From Armatimonadota bacterium (GTDB lineage: Bacteria > Armatimonadota > SYMT01), in contig JBKBRF010000004.1 of NCBI GenBank assembly GCA_046292385.1, positions 1 to 64,000 of the forward strand: DNA of 64,000 nucleotides, given 5' to 3'. Position 1 is the stretch's first letter; each line of letters begins with the position of its first letter. The notes beneath the pieces are model-generated. The model saw only the letters and a list, made by a program, of their open reading frames with translations, had not been told where the DNA came from and did no database searches. Of the stretch, positions 47,419-59,111 are shown piece after piece. The translations under genes and the position numbers were made by a program.

Positions 47419-48290
47419 GCCTCCTCCTTGGCCATCAACCAGACGTAGGCGTCTTCCAGGTTGGGCGCAGCGGTCTCGGCGTCCGGGGTGGGCTGGCGCT
47501 CGCAGACGCCCCGGACCTGAATGCGGCCGGGCATGCGGTAGAGTCCGGTTTCCAGGAAGCCCTCGATCTCCGGGGTCTTTCCATCGGCCGGCAGGTCGAG
47601 CATCCAGACGCGGCCTTCGAGGGAGCGCAGCAGCTCTTCGGGCGTGCCGAAGTAGCGCATCTTGCCGAAGCGCAGCACCGCGAGGGTGCTGGCAACCGCT
47701 TCGATGTCGGCGACGATGTGCGTGGAGAGGACGATCAGGCACTCCCGGGCGAGCTCCGCGAAGAACGACCGCACCCGGATGCGCTCTTCGGGGTCGAGAC
47801 CCGCGGTCGGCTCGTCGACGATCAGCACGGAGGGCCGCGGCAGGATCGCTTGGGCGAGCGCCACGCGCTGTCGCATGCCGCCGGAGAGCGTGCCGACCGG
47901 CCGGTCCCGGAGGTGGGTCAGGTTCAGCCGGCCCATCACCTCGTCGATCCGGGGGAGCCGGTCCTTGTCGCTGTCGATCCCGTAGAGCAGCCCCATGTAG
48001 TCGAGCGTCTCGAAGACCGTCAGGTTGGGGTAGAGCCCCACGTCCTGGGGCAAGTACCCGATCCGCCGCCGGATCTCGGGCTTCTGCTTCCGGACGTCCA
48101 GGTCGTCGACGCGGATGGTGCCGCTGCTGGCGTCCAGCAGGGTCGCCATGATCGACATCAGCGTGGTCTTACCGGAGCCGTTCGGCCCGAGCAGGCCGAG
48201 CACGCCGGAGTCGGCGGCCAGCGAAACGTTGTCGAGGGCCTTGACTCGGCCGTCATACACCTTAGTGAGACCTACTACCTCAACGCCCAC
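47415..48290 (-). CDS. ABC transporter ATP-binding protein
   Basis: GPNGSGKTT, IGYLPQ, LSGGMRQR, IVDEPTAGLDPEER, LSTH. Confidence 0.95.
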   Translation of the reverse strand: MGVEVVGLTKVYDGRVKALDNVSLAADSGVLGLLGPNGSGKTTLMSIMATLLDASSGTIRVDDLDVRKQKPEIRRRIGYLPQDVGLYPNLTVFETLDYMGLLYGIDSDKDRLPRIDEVMGRLNLTHLRDRPVGTLSGGMRQRVALAQAILPRPSVLIVDEPTAGLDPEERIRVRSFFAELARECLIVLSTHIVADIEAVASTLAVLRFGKMRYFGTPEELLRSLEGRVWMLDLPADGKTPEIEGFLETGLYRMPGRIQVRGVCERQPTPDAETAAPNLEDAYVWLMAKEEA

Positions 48291-49419
48291 GCCAGATCCT
48301 CCCCGCCCCCCGGGGGCGCTCCGCCGGTGTTCCGCCGCCCGTCAGCCAATCGGGCAGAGTCAGCTTCCGGATGCGATGTCCCTCGTAATCCGCCACGTAG
48401 ACGGTCCCGTCCGTGGTCGCCGTCACCGCGCACGGCACCGCAAAGGTGGCGCGGGTTCCGGTGCCGTCCCGGCTTCCGGGCACCTTCGCCGCCTCCTGAT
48501 AGCGGCCGGCGAGCAGCCGGTAGTGGCCGTCTCCACCCTTCGCCAGCACTGTGTGGAACTCCGTGTCCGTCATCAGGTCCACCGGTCCCGCGGGAACGAT
48601 CGGCGAGAGCCGGCCGGTCCGGAACTGGGAGGTCTCGAAGTCTCCCTCTCCTTCCGGCGCGGCAAACACCTCCCGGCTCGACGCGCGGGCTGCTAGCAGC
48701 TCCCCGAACGCCGCGGCCACGTGAGGAGGCGCGGGCTGCGGAGTCGAAACCTGCCCGGCCGGCGTCACGCGCCGGATGGCGCGGTTGCCCAGGTCCGCCA
48801 CCCAGAGCGCGTCGTCCTGGAAGAGAAGCGCGGACGGCAAGCGGAAGCGGGCGGCGCCGCCCGAGCCGTCGGCTTTCCCTTCCGTGCCGCCCGCCAGCTC
48901 GGATACGACGCCGTCGTGCAGTACACAGATGCGATGATTGCCGGTGTCCGCGATGTAGATCGTTCCATCCGGCGCCGCGGCCACTCCGGAGGGAAAGCGG
49001 AACTGCGCCTCGGCAGCCGCCCCGACGGAGCGGCCCCCCTGGCCGCCCGGCTCACCGCCGCCGGCGACGGTGGTCACCTTGCCGAGCGGCGAAACCGACC
49101 GGATGCGATGATTGCGGCTGTCCGAGACGAGGAGGGTTCCGTCCCCGGCAATGGCCAGCGCGTTCGGGCCGCAGAAGCGGGCCGCCCAGCCCGGGCCGTC
49201 GACGTAGCCGGGCTCTCCTCCCGCCAGGGTGGTGACGTCGACGTCGACGTGGCCTCCCACCGTGGGGATCGGAACCGGTCCGGCGCCCGGGCCGCCCGCC
49301 ATGGCGGCGCCGCTTGGCTCTCGGTAGACCAGGCCGCGCCAGTAGGCGTACTGGATCACCCCCAGCACGAGGAGGGTGACGACGGCCGTGACCTTGGGAT
49401 CCAGGTTCTTACGAAACAC
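48280..49419 (-). CDS. Membrane-anchored NHL-repeat protein
   Basis: DGPGWAARFCGP...VSDSRNHRIR; FRFPSGVA...IADTGNHRI; N-terminal TM. Confidence 0.85.
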   Translation of the reverse strand: MFRKNLDPKVTAVVTLLVLGVIQYAYWRGLVYREPSGAAMAGGPGAGPVPIPTVGGHVDVDVTTLAGGEPGYVDGPGWAARFCGPNALAIAGDGTLLVSDSRNHRIRSVSPLGKVTTVAGGGEPGGQGGRSVGAAAEAQFRFPSGVAAAPDGTIYIADTGNHRICVLHDGVVSELAGGTEGKADGSGGAARFRLPSALLFQDDALWVADLGNRAIRRVTPAGQVSTPQPAPPHVAAAFGELLAARASSREVFAAPEGEGDFETSQFRTGRLSPIVPAGPVDLMTDTEFHTVLAKGGDGHYRLLAGRYQEAAKVPGSRDGTGTRATFAVPCAVTATTDGTVYVADYEGHRIRKLTLPDWLTGGGTPAERPRGAGRIWRGR

Positions 49420-49436
49420 AGCGCGTGGGCCTCATC

Positions 49437-50636
49437 TCATTGCGCCTGCAGCGGCCCATCGGCCTCGTGCAGCAGTACGATGTGGGTGCCATCCGAAGTG
49501 GTTCCTCCGGGAATCATCGCCCGGGCGTCGATCAGCTCCGCCGGTCCCAGCTGCTCCGGCAGGCGGAACAGCCCCTCCGCGGAGACGGCGACCCCGCCCC
49601 GGTACTTGAGCAGCGCCACCGGCATCCGCAGCCAGTCGGTCAGCGTCTCGGGCTTTCCGCCGGGGCGGAGTCGGTGGATCGAGGCGGTGACGTCGAAGTT
49701 GGACGCCTCCTCGGAGGGAGCCGTCCAGTAGAGCACCGACTCGTGCACCACTCCCTGCTGCATGCCGGATGCGGCCGCTACCCGCTGCGCCTCGCCGCCG
49801 GTTTCCGGAACCCGGTAATAGGTGGTGCTCGTGATTCCCGTCTCCTGGACGAAGACCGCGCCGTCTCCGAGCCCGACCACCCGGGTGCCGGGCGTGAACC
49901 CGAGCATCTCGCCGGGCGGTATCTCGGCGGCCGGCCACTCGGAGAGAACCCTGGTCTGGCCCGCCTGCCGCGTCATCAGCCGGAGCCCCGACGCCGCGGC
50001 CGGGATGAAGACCGGCCCCAGGGGCGCGCCCTCGGCCCGCTCGAGCCAGAAGAGGCGGTCCCCCTCGGCGAGGAGCCCCTGCGGGGCACGCAGCCCGGTC
50101 AGCTCCGCTTTCGGCGTGCCGGGGGCGCCGATCGGTAGGCTGAGCAGCTCTCCACGGCCGCCCTCGCTCCGCAGCAGCCAGGCCGTCTCACCGGTCAGCG
50201 CTACCTCGCGCCAGTCGCTTCCCTTCGCCAGGAGAGTCTTCTCCCCGGCGGCGGTGCCCTGGAATAGCTCTACCGTCTCCCCGACCCGGCGCAGCCACGC
50301 CCACCGCCCGTCGCTGCCGGCAAAGGAGATGATCTGGGGCTTGGCTGCGGGCGCCCCTCCGCCTCCGGGAGGTCCGCCCGGACTCGGGGGCGGCGTTCCG
50401 CCCTCGCGTCCGCCCGCGGCTCCGTCACCGCGCGAGCCGCGACCACCGCCGCCCGGACCTCCGCCCGGACTTCCGCCGCGGAAGGACCCGGACTCGCCTC
50501 CGGAGGGGCCGTTGAGAGAAGCGTCGCCTCCGCCCGGTGGCGGAAGCTGCGCGCTGCCGATGGCTGCGTGGAGGAGCACCACCGCAGCGGAGACCCCGAG
50601 GCAAACCGGCAATCGGAAGAATGAGGTGCGTTTCAC
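49437..50636 (-). CDS. Secreted hypothetical protein with Gly/Pro-rich linker and propeller-like repeats (start approximate)
   Basis: Signal-like N-terminus, GGSPGGGPGGGG linker, blades PQGLLAEGDRLFWLE / ESVLYWT. Confidence 0.6.
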   Translation of the reverse strand: MKRTSFFRLPVCLGVSAAVVLLHAAIGSAQLPPPGGGDASLNGPSGGESGSFRGGSPGGGPGGGGRGSRGDGAAGGREGGTPPPSPGGPPGGGGAPAAKPQIISFAGSDGRWAWLRRVGETVELFQGTAAGEKTLLAKGSDWREVALTGETAWLLRSEGGRGELLSLPIGAPGTPKAELTGLRAPQGLLAEGDRLFWLERAEGAPLGPVFIPAAASGLRLMTRQAGQTRVLSEWPAAEIPPGEMLGFTPGTRVVGLGDGAVFVQETGITSTTYYRVPETGGEAQRVAAASGMQQGVVHESVLYWTAPSEEASNFDVTASIHRLRPGGKPETLTDWLRMPVALLKYRGGVAVSAEGLFRLPEQLGPAELIDARAMIPGGTTSDGTHIVLLHEADGPLQAQ

Positions 50637-50843
50637 GACTGGAATGCGTTCGAAATGATGCCGTTCTGACGCCCAGTTTCGACGGCGCCGGAGGGAGCGC
50701 CTCCCGATTTTTTTCCGCGGGCTAAGTTCGGCGGGTCGCTCGTCGGACGGGGAGGAATGCGCCGCCGGGCCGGGCAACCGTTATCGGCGCCCTTTGCCCG
50801 GTGCCCGGGCGCCCCAGTCAAAACCCGCAAGCGAGACCCGAAA

Positions 50844-51638
50844 GTGAAGCTCTACCTGAAGTCCGTCCTCCCGTCGCGAAGGCGCGCCGCCCTCGCCGGG
50901 ACGGTGTTGGCCCTTTCCACGCTGCTCAGCTCCACCGCTCCGGCCGCCGCCAGGAAGCTTCCCGTCTTTTACGAAGGGGTGATCACGTCCGGTGCCGCGG
51001 TGGAGGACCCCGTGTGGCTCGCGCGCAGCGGCAAGCGCGTGACCGGGCTCTGCGGCTTCACCGCCCTCGACGGCTCCGACGGCACCGGCGCGCGCGTGCT
51101 GGGAAAGCTCCGAGGATCCCGGCTGACCGGTAACCTCTTCAATGGGAAGAACCGGCGGATCGGCACGTTCTCCGGGGAGCGGAGCGGCGCGAGCCTGTCC
51201 GGCGAGTTTGCCGAGACCACCGGGGAGAGCGGAACCTGGGAAGCGACCCAGGTGGTAGCGGACCGCGCCGCCATGCGGAGCATCGCCGGCACTTACGAGG
51301 CGAGCCGCATCCCGTCGATCGGCAACGACGTGGCGCTGAAGATCCGCTTCACGAACAAGGGGAGCTTCAAAGGCAGCGTCTACTACACCGGGGCCGGCAG
51401 CCGCCTGCTGGCGGGCACGCTCGGCGGCTCCTGGATCGCGGATGCCGGCGGTAACCTCTTCCTGAGCGTCGCGAAGATCAAGAAGAAGCTTCCGCGGGGA
51501 GCCAACATCGGCTTCAAGATTCCTTCGAACGGCGCCGCCGTGAAATTCGCCTTTGAGAAGCAGGGCTCGAACCTGGTGGTGCTGAATCCGTTCGACCGCT
51601 CCACCGTGTTCCTCACGCTGAAGCCGTCCCGGCGGTGA
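50844..51638 (+). CDS. Secreted basic beta-rich hypothetical protein (paralog A)
   Basis: Signal peptide with RRR and AAA; stop overlaps next start (GTGA); similar to 52781-53557. Confidence 0.7.
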   Translation: MKLYLKSVLPSRRRAALAGTVLALSTLLSSTAPAAARKLPVFYEGVITSGAAVEDPVWLARSGKRVTGLCGFTALDGSDGTGARVLGKLRGSRLTGNLFNGKNRRIGTFSGERSGASLSGEFAETTGESGTWEATQVVADRAAMRSIAGTYEASRIPSIGNDVALKIRFTNKGSFKGSVYYTGAGSRLLAGTLGGSWIADAGGNLFLSVAKIKKKLPRGANIGFKIPSNGAAVKFAFEKQGSNLVVLNPFDRSTVFLTLKPSRR

Positions 51639-52741
51639 GCTTCTCCCGGATGCTCTCGCGAAAGCTCCGCATTACCGGCCGCCGTTCGTGGTGGCGCAGC
51701 TCGACTCGGGCGGCACTCGCCGTGGTCTGCGCGTGCGCGGCTGCCCCGGCCGCCGCGCAGGTGGCCGCGGGGGGCGACATCGCTCGTCACGTGGGTCTGG
51801 GCGGCGGCGGCGTGGCGCTCCAGGGGGTGGAGGTGAGCCCCATCATCAACCCGGCGGCGCTTGCCACGCCGGTCGGGTTCCGCCTTCGCTTCTCGCGCCT
51901 GGGGTACGGTGGAACGGGTGAGATCAACCAGGAGGCGTGGCGCCTGCTGATCCGTACCAAGGACCTGGAGCGGCTGAAAGACCTGGGGCTCGACCTGGCG
52001 CGCTACCGCACCCGGATGTGGACCGAGAATGGGGTGGGGGTCCGGTTCAGCACCTGGCACCTCGATCTCGCCGGCGCCGGGCAGCTCGCCGGGGATCCGA
52101 ACGCGGCGCTCCAGCGGTGGGTGCGGCAGGGCGCCGCTTTCTTTCCGCCGCCGAATGCGCGGCTCGTCGCCAGCCAGGGCTACTATCTTTCGCCGTCGGT
52201 CGGTTATGGTCACCGCTGGCGGCTGCGCGGCGATCTCCCCGGCAGTCTGGACGCCGGTGCGCGCGTCAAGCTGTGGATCGGGCGCTACCGGCAGGTGCGC
52301 TTCCGCGGGGTGCCGGACGGGAGTGGCTTCGACATCGTCGACCGGGAGACGGCGGACGTGAAGGACCAGGGGTGGGGCGCCGACCTCGGCTTCCGGTTCG
52401 TGCCGGACGGAGAGCCGAACCTCAGCTTTGGCCTCTCCGTTCTCGGGCTGGTAGAGCCTTCCATCGGGGAAATGCGGCAGGAGCGGACCTTCAACCTGGG
52501 CACGGCCTACCGGCTGAGTCCGCGACTCACGCTGGTGGCAGACCTGCTGAACGTCACCGGCGCGAATGAGCGCCGCGTCAAGGTGGCGACCGGCGCGGAG
52601 TACACGGTGGTACCCGGCTGGATCACCCTCCGCGGCGCGGTCACCAGCCGCGGCCTCGCCGGCGGAATAGGACTCGGCCCCATTCAGGTGGCCTTCACCC
52701 GGGACGGTGAGACCACGCTCGGCACCCAGATCCGGTTTTAG
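51635..52741 (+). CDS. Outer-membrane beta-barrel protein (TraF/FadL-like)
   Basis: INPAALA motif; GWGADLGFRF, FNLGTAY, VATGAEY amphipathic strands; C-terminal Phe. Confidence 0.7.
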   Translation: MSFSRMLSRKLRITGRRSWWRSSTRAALAVVCACAAAPAAAQVAAGGDIARHVGLGGGGVALQGVEVSPIINPAALATPVGFRLRFSRLGYGGTGEINQEAWRLLIRTKDLERLKDLGLDLARYRTRMWTENGVGVRFSTWHLDLAGAGQLAGDPNAALQRWVRQGAAFFPPPNARLVASQGYYLSPSVGYGHRWRLRGDLPGSLDAGARVKLWIGRYRQVRFRGVPDGSGFDIVDRETADVKDQGWGADLGFRFVPDGEPNLSFGLSVLGLVEPSIGEMRQERTFNLGTAYRLSPRLTLVADLLNVTGANERRVKVATGAEYTVVPGWITLRGAVTSRGLAGGIGLGPIQVAFTRDGETTLGTQIRF

Positions 52742-52780
52742 CCCTCGGACGCTGCGAAGCTCGGAAGTGGTAGGTAGACG

Positions 52781-53557
52781 ATGCGAGTGAAGCGCTGGCG
52801 AGTCCCTGGTACCTGTACGCTCCTCCTCACCGCGGGGCTCCTGACGGCCCTCGCCGGAAGTCCGGCCGAGTCGGGGAAGAAGGAGCGGCCCGAAACGTTC
52901 CGGTTCTTCGCCGGCCGGGCCCGGCTCCAGGACCTGGGGGGACTCTACTGGCTGGCACTGGGGGACCGGCGCGCCTACGGGCTCTTTGGTGACCTGGTCC
53001 ACGAGGTGGCCTTTCCGCTGGCCGGCGCGTCCACCTCCCGCGGTCCCCTCCGCCTCGACGCGCTCTACCCGGTGAACGGACGCCGGATCGGCACCGCGCG
53101 CGGGACGGTGAAGCGGCACCGCGCTTCGGGCCAGCTCCGGGCCGTGGGACGAAGCGGCCGGTGGAAAGCGGTGGAGCTGCGGCGCAGTACCGAGGCTATG
53201 GCCGCGCTCGCGGGCGAATGGATCGATCTTACGACCCGGCGCCGCAACCGGGAAGTGCGCCTGATCCTCGATCCGGCCACGTCGGTCGCACGGGTGGTGG
53301 TGACGGTCCGCGGCGAGGTGAGTGAGACCTCCGGCCCCTGGATGGCGAGCGACGACGAGAGCATCGCCTTCCTACCGCTCTCCGGCGACGGCACGTATGG
53401 CGGGCTCTCGCCGCTCGAGGAGATTCCGGTGAAGAACGTGCCGCTGGTCTCCGCCTACTCGGTGCGCGGGCGGAAGCTTCGCCTGCTCAATCCGCTCGAC
53501 CGCGAGGACGTGCTCACCACGCTGGAGCGGGCGCCGGAAGTGCCCCCGTCCGAGTAG
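52781..53557 (+). CDS. Secreted basic beta-rich hypothetical protein (paralog B)
   Basis: Signal peptide; shares WLA, RRIGT, G.W.A and LNP.DR..V..TL motifs with paralog A. Confidence 0.7.
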   Translation: MRVKRWRVPGTCTLLLTAGLLTALAGSPAESGKKERPETFRFFAGRARLQDLGGLYWLALGDRRAYGLFGDLVHEVAFPLAGASTSRGPLRLDALYPVNGRRIGTARGTVKRHRASGQLRAVGRSGRWKAVELRRSTEAMAALAGEWIDLTTRRRNREVRLILDPATSVARVVVTVRGEVSETSGPWMASDDESIAFLPLSGDGTYGGLSPLEEIPVKNVPLVSAYSVRGRKLRLLNPLDREDVLTTLERAPEVPPSE

Positions 53558-53654
53558 TCGGCCCACAGCCCGGGAGAGGAGCGCGGTACGGAAGCGCGGC
53601 CGCTGGCATAGAATTGCCTGGCTCTCCGCGCCTTCGCGCCGCCCAGGGAACGAA

Positions 53655-54116
53655 ATGCACCGCTCGCTCGCCCCGCTGTTGCTCGTCGCGCTCGTCTCCG
53701 GCTGCCGGGGCGGCGCGTCCGGACCCTCAACCGCCCGCAAGATGGGGCCCACGCTCACCCGTCTCACGAGCCAGACCACCGATCCCGCCCTGCCGAAGGA
53801 GCAGCGGGAGGCCTACTGGGAGCGGATGAAGGGACGCATCCTGACCGCCACCGGCAAGGTGGTCTCCGTCTCCGATTCGATCCTCCTGGAGTGCCCGCTG
53901 GAGCTGGAGGTGGGACAGCCCGCGCCGCCGGTCGAGACCGCCTGCGTGCGCGCCTTTCCGGAGGAGCGGTACGTGAGCGCCCTGCCGATGTTCAAGAAGG
54001 ATCAGCCGCTGCGCGTGCAGGGGGTGCTCACCGTCCGAGAGGAACGGCCGGAGGGGGATGGCTCCGGCTGCCGCGTGCTGTTCGAGGTGCGGGAGGCGCG
54101 GATCCTCATCCGCTGA
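53655..54116 (+). CDS. Hypothetical lipoprotein (OB-fold-like)
   Basis: Lipobox LVSGC; KGRILTATGKV...FKKDQPLRVQG. Confidence 0.65.
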   Translation: MHRSLAPLLLVALVSGCRGGASGPSTARKMGPTLTRLTSQTTDPALPKEQREAYWERMKGRILTATGKVVSVSDSILLECPLELEVGQPAPPVETACVRAFPEERYVSALPMFKKDQPLRVQGVLTVREERPEGDGSGCRVLFEVREARILIR

Positions 54117-54142
54117 CCGGACCGCAGTGGCTGTAACGAAAA

Positions 54143-54193
54143 CAGAGGCCGGAGCCAGGGAGCCGCTCGCGCGGTCCCTGGCTCCGGCCTCTC
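54143..54193. terminator. Hairpin between convergent genes
   Basis: AGAGGCCGGAGCCAGGG...CCCTGGCTCCGGCCTCT; GTTTT follows on the minus strand. Confidence 0.75.
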
Positions 54194-54216
54194 TGCGTGA
54201 ATCCGGCTGGCCGCCG

Positions 54217-54573
54217 CTACAGGTTCATGATGCTGGACCGGGTCCAGTAGTCGTTCATCGTCATGAAGAACAGGATCAGCAGCCAGACGAAGGCCCCGAG
54301 GGAGAACATCACGACCAGGCGGCTGCTCACCTTCAGGTGCATGAAGAAGGCCATTACCAGGGCGGCCTTCGCGATCGCGATCGCCATCGCGAGGGGAAAG
54401 TTTGCCGGCCCAAGGTCGACCATCGCCGCGCCCACGGTGAGGAACAGCAGCACCATCAGCGCCCCGAAGACGACGTGGTACGTCATCATCGGGATATGCG
54501 GTGGGTGATACTCCTCGTGAGCGCCGTGTCCCGCCGAATGTCCGTGCCCGTGTCCGTGCCCGTGCGTTGCCAT
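54217..54573 (-). CDS. ctaF: Cytochrome c oxidase subunit IV
   Basis: AIAKAALVMAFFMHLK; 3 TM; His-rich N-terminus. Confidence 0.88.
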   Translation of the reverse strand: MATHGHGHGHGHSAGHGAHEEYHPPHIPMMTYHVVFGALMVLLFLTVGAAMVDLGPANFPLAMAIAIAKAALVMAFFMHLKVSSRLVVMFSLGAFVWLLILFFMTMNDYWTRSSIMNL

Positions 54574-55311
54574 CAGTGACCCCCGCCTCCGCCGCCGAAG
54601 ATCTGCGCCAGCGTTACGTGCCCGATCAGGTAGAGCAGCGGGAACAGGAAGATCCAAATGATATCGATCAGGTGCCAGTAGAGGCCCATGATCTCCACCG
54701 GCTGGTCGTTCCCGCTGGTATAGGTGCCCCTGGCGGCCAGCACGATGAAGGTGCCCACCAGGATCAGCCCGATGATCATGTGGATCGCGTGCAGCCCCGT
54801 CATGCAGAAGTAGATCGTGAAGAACATCTGCACGTGGTGCGGACCGATGCCCGCCGCGGCCAGCGCCTCCAACTCGTGATGGTTCGCCGGATTATCGTAG
54901 AAGGTCCAGTTCAGACCGGGGATGAGCCCGATGTCCCAGTCGTGGCCCCACTCGAAGCCTTTGATGACCAGGAAGAGCGCGCCCAGCACCCACGTGATCA
55001 CCAGGAAGGTGACCAGGGTCTTCTTCTTCCGCTCCACTGCGGCGTGCACGGCCATCACCACCGTCCAGCTACTCACGAGCAGGATCATGGTGTTGATGAA
55101 CCCGAGCTGGATGTTCATGTGGGCGCTGCCCGCGATGAACGCCGCCGGGTAGAGCCACCGGTAGAGGAAGTAGGCGAAGAAGAGCCCGCCGAACATCATC
55201 ACTTCGGTGGCGAGGAACAGCCACATCCCGAGGCTGAACGACTCGCGTTGCTGGGCCAGGTCGTCGAACTGGTGCTGAACCAGCCCGTGCGCGCCATGCC
55301 CCCCGTGCACG

Positions 55312-55322
<11 letters not shown>
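54573..55322 (-). CDS. ctaE: Cytochrome c oxidase subunit III
   Basis: [35 protein letters not shown]. Confidence 0.93.
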
Positions 55323-57086
<1,764 letters not shown>

Positions 57087-57090
<4 letters not shown>

Positions 57091-58229
57091 GGTCTGGTCC
57101 TTCCGTTACTGCCGTTCCCGCCGGCGTTTCCTCCGCCGGCAGTGTTCCCCTGGCCCGTGATCCGGTTGACGTTCTCCGGGACGAAGCCGGTGCGCGCCTT
57201 GTAGTCTTCCGGCGTGAGCCGGCCACTGTAATCGGTCGTCTCGCTCCCCGCCGGCCGGCGGTCGGAGAGGGAGCGGATGTAGGCGACGAGCTGGAACACC
57301 TGCTCTTCACTGAGCTGGTTTCGATAGCTCGGCATGATCGGGCGATAGCCCGCGGCGACTTCCTGCTCCGGCAGCACGATCGCGTCGTGCAGGTAGCGCG
57401 TGTCCGCGATTCGGGTGGTCGCCTCCACCTGCTCCAGCGGCGTGCCGGCGCGGGGGATCTGCACCGGGATCGCCTTCCCGAAGATCCCTTCCAGCGCGGG
57501 GGCGCGGACGTTGGCGTTCGGGCCGTGGCAGCCGCTGCATCCGTACTTCATGAACAGCGCCTCGCCCTGCTGCGCCACCGTCTCCCCCACGTTCCCCTCG
57601 TTCAGCCACGCTTCGTACTCGCTCGGCTCCATCACGTAGACGGTGCCGACCATGGTGCTGTGGAGCGTGCCGCAGAACTCCGCGCAGAAGAGATGGTACT
57701 TGCCCGGCTTGGTGGGGGTGAACCAGAGGCGCGTGAACTGGCCCGGGATGACGTCCTGCTTCACGCGGAACGCCGGCACCCAGAAGCTGTGGATCACGTC
57801 TTCCGAAGTCATCACGAGCTGGACCGGCTTGCCCACCGGCACGTGCAGCTCGTTGTTCTCCCACTTGCCGTTCGGCTGCTGCAGCTTCCACATCCACTGC
57901 TTGCCGACGACGTACACCTCCATCGCGTCCGCCGGAGCGCCGCGCGTGATGTGGAAGAAGAGCCCGGCGGACCAGACGAAGATCCCCATCACGATGGCGA
58001 GCGGCACGATCGTCCACGCCAGCTCCACCGCCAGGCTGTGCAGCGGCGGGTTGGAGCGGTCCGCGTGTGCGCCGCGCCGGTATTTGACGGTCAGGTAGAT
58101 GATCCCGACGAAGATCGCGACCGTGAAGAATACGGCCACGGCGGTGATCGCGTACCAGAGTGCGTCTACGTTGTCCGCGACAGACGAGGCGCCGCCTTGT
58201 AGGTATGCTAGTGTGCCCACGGCGTCCAA
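57087..58229 (-). CDS. ctaC: Cytochrome c oxidase subunit II with fused cytochrome c (caa3 type)
   Basis: CuA motif DVIHSF...[13 protein letters not shown]-terminal CSGCH. Confidence 0.95.
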
Positions 58230-58235
58230 CTCTCC

Positions 58236-59111
58236 TTAGCCTTCCGCTTCCAGAGCCGCGTCACCCCGGCGCCGCTGGGTTCGGTCGCGCAGCTTCATCA
58301 TCGTAATTCCAAATGCGATCAGGAGCACCGTCGCGATCCCCGCCAGCCGCACTACGCTCATAATCACGAGACCGTACTTACCCTGGGCCGGATTGTAGTG
58401 GAAGCAGAGCAGCGCGATGGCGTCGATAAAGCTTCCGATCCGCTCGCTCGCCGCCTCGATGAGGCCGAAGCGGAGATCGCGAGCGGGATAGTTCAGCCCG
58501 AAGTAGTAGCGCGCCAGCTTTCCCTGGGGGGTGGCGATGATCACGCCGTCCGGGTGCGCGTACTGGTCCGTGTGTTGATCGTAGTAGTAGCGGTAGCCGA
58601 CCGCCTCCGAGAGACGATCGATCTCCCGCTTCTCGCCGGTGAGGAAGTGGAACCCCGCCGCGGACTCGGGGCGCCCGTACTTCTTCAGGTACTCCTGCTT
58701 GAATTCCGCCGCGAAGTCCGGCTTCTCCCGCGGATCGATGCTCACGATCAGCAGGTTGAACTCCTTGCCCGGCGTGAATTCCAGCTCCTTCAGGCTGTCC
58801 AGCAGCTCGCGCAGCTCTTCCGTGCAGAGCATGGTGCACTTGAACTGGATCAGCATCATCATGACCGGCTTCTTGCCGAAGTACTCGGCAAGCTGCACCG
58901 GACGCCCGGACCCTTCCTCGTAGAAGGTGACGTCCGCCGGTACCTGCTCGTTGAGGCGCTGGTGAAGCTTCACCAGCTTGAGTGCCTCCTCGCGTCCCAT
59001 TCCCTCGATCGCCTGGGCACTCGCGGGAGACGCGCAGAAGAGCGTCCCCGCCGCCAGCGCCGCGGCGGCGAGCTGGGATACTGCGCCAGCTCTGATCGAT
59101 CGAAGGCTCAT
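58236..59111 (-). CDS. SCO family copper chaperone
   Basis: CTMLC (CxxxC), SIDP, FLTG, YAHP, C-terminal TM. Confidence 0.88.
   Translation of the reverse strand: MSLRSIRAGAVSQLAAAALAAGTLFCASPASAQAIEGMGREEALKLVKLHQRLNEQVPADVTFYEEGSGRPVQLAEYFGKKPVMMMLIQFKCTMLCTEELRELLDSLKELEFTPGKEFNLLIVSIDPREKPDFAAEFKQEYLKKYGRPESAAGFHFLTGEKREIDRLSEAVGYRYYYDQHTDQYAHPDGVIIATPQGKLARYYFGLNYPARDLRFGLIEAASERIGSFIDAIALLCFHYNPAQGKYGLVIMSVVRLAGIATVLLIAFGITMMKLRDRTQRRRGDAALEAEG

Noticed and set aside
51635..52741. TraF-like gene as a sign of a conjugative element
   Set aside because: No relaxase, coupling protein or T4SS genes; such barrels occur as stand-alone outer-membrane proteins
53604..53618. Sigma-54 promoter-like TGGCATAGAATTGC
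   Set aside because: GG-to-GC spacing is one base short; better read as a TAGAAT -10 element
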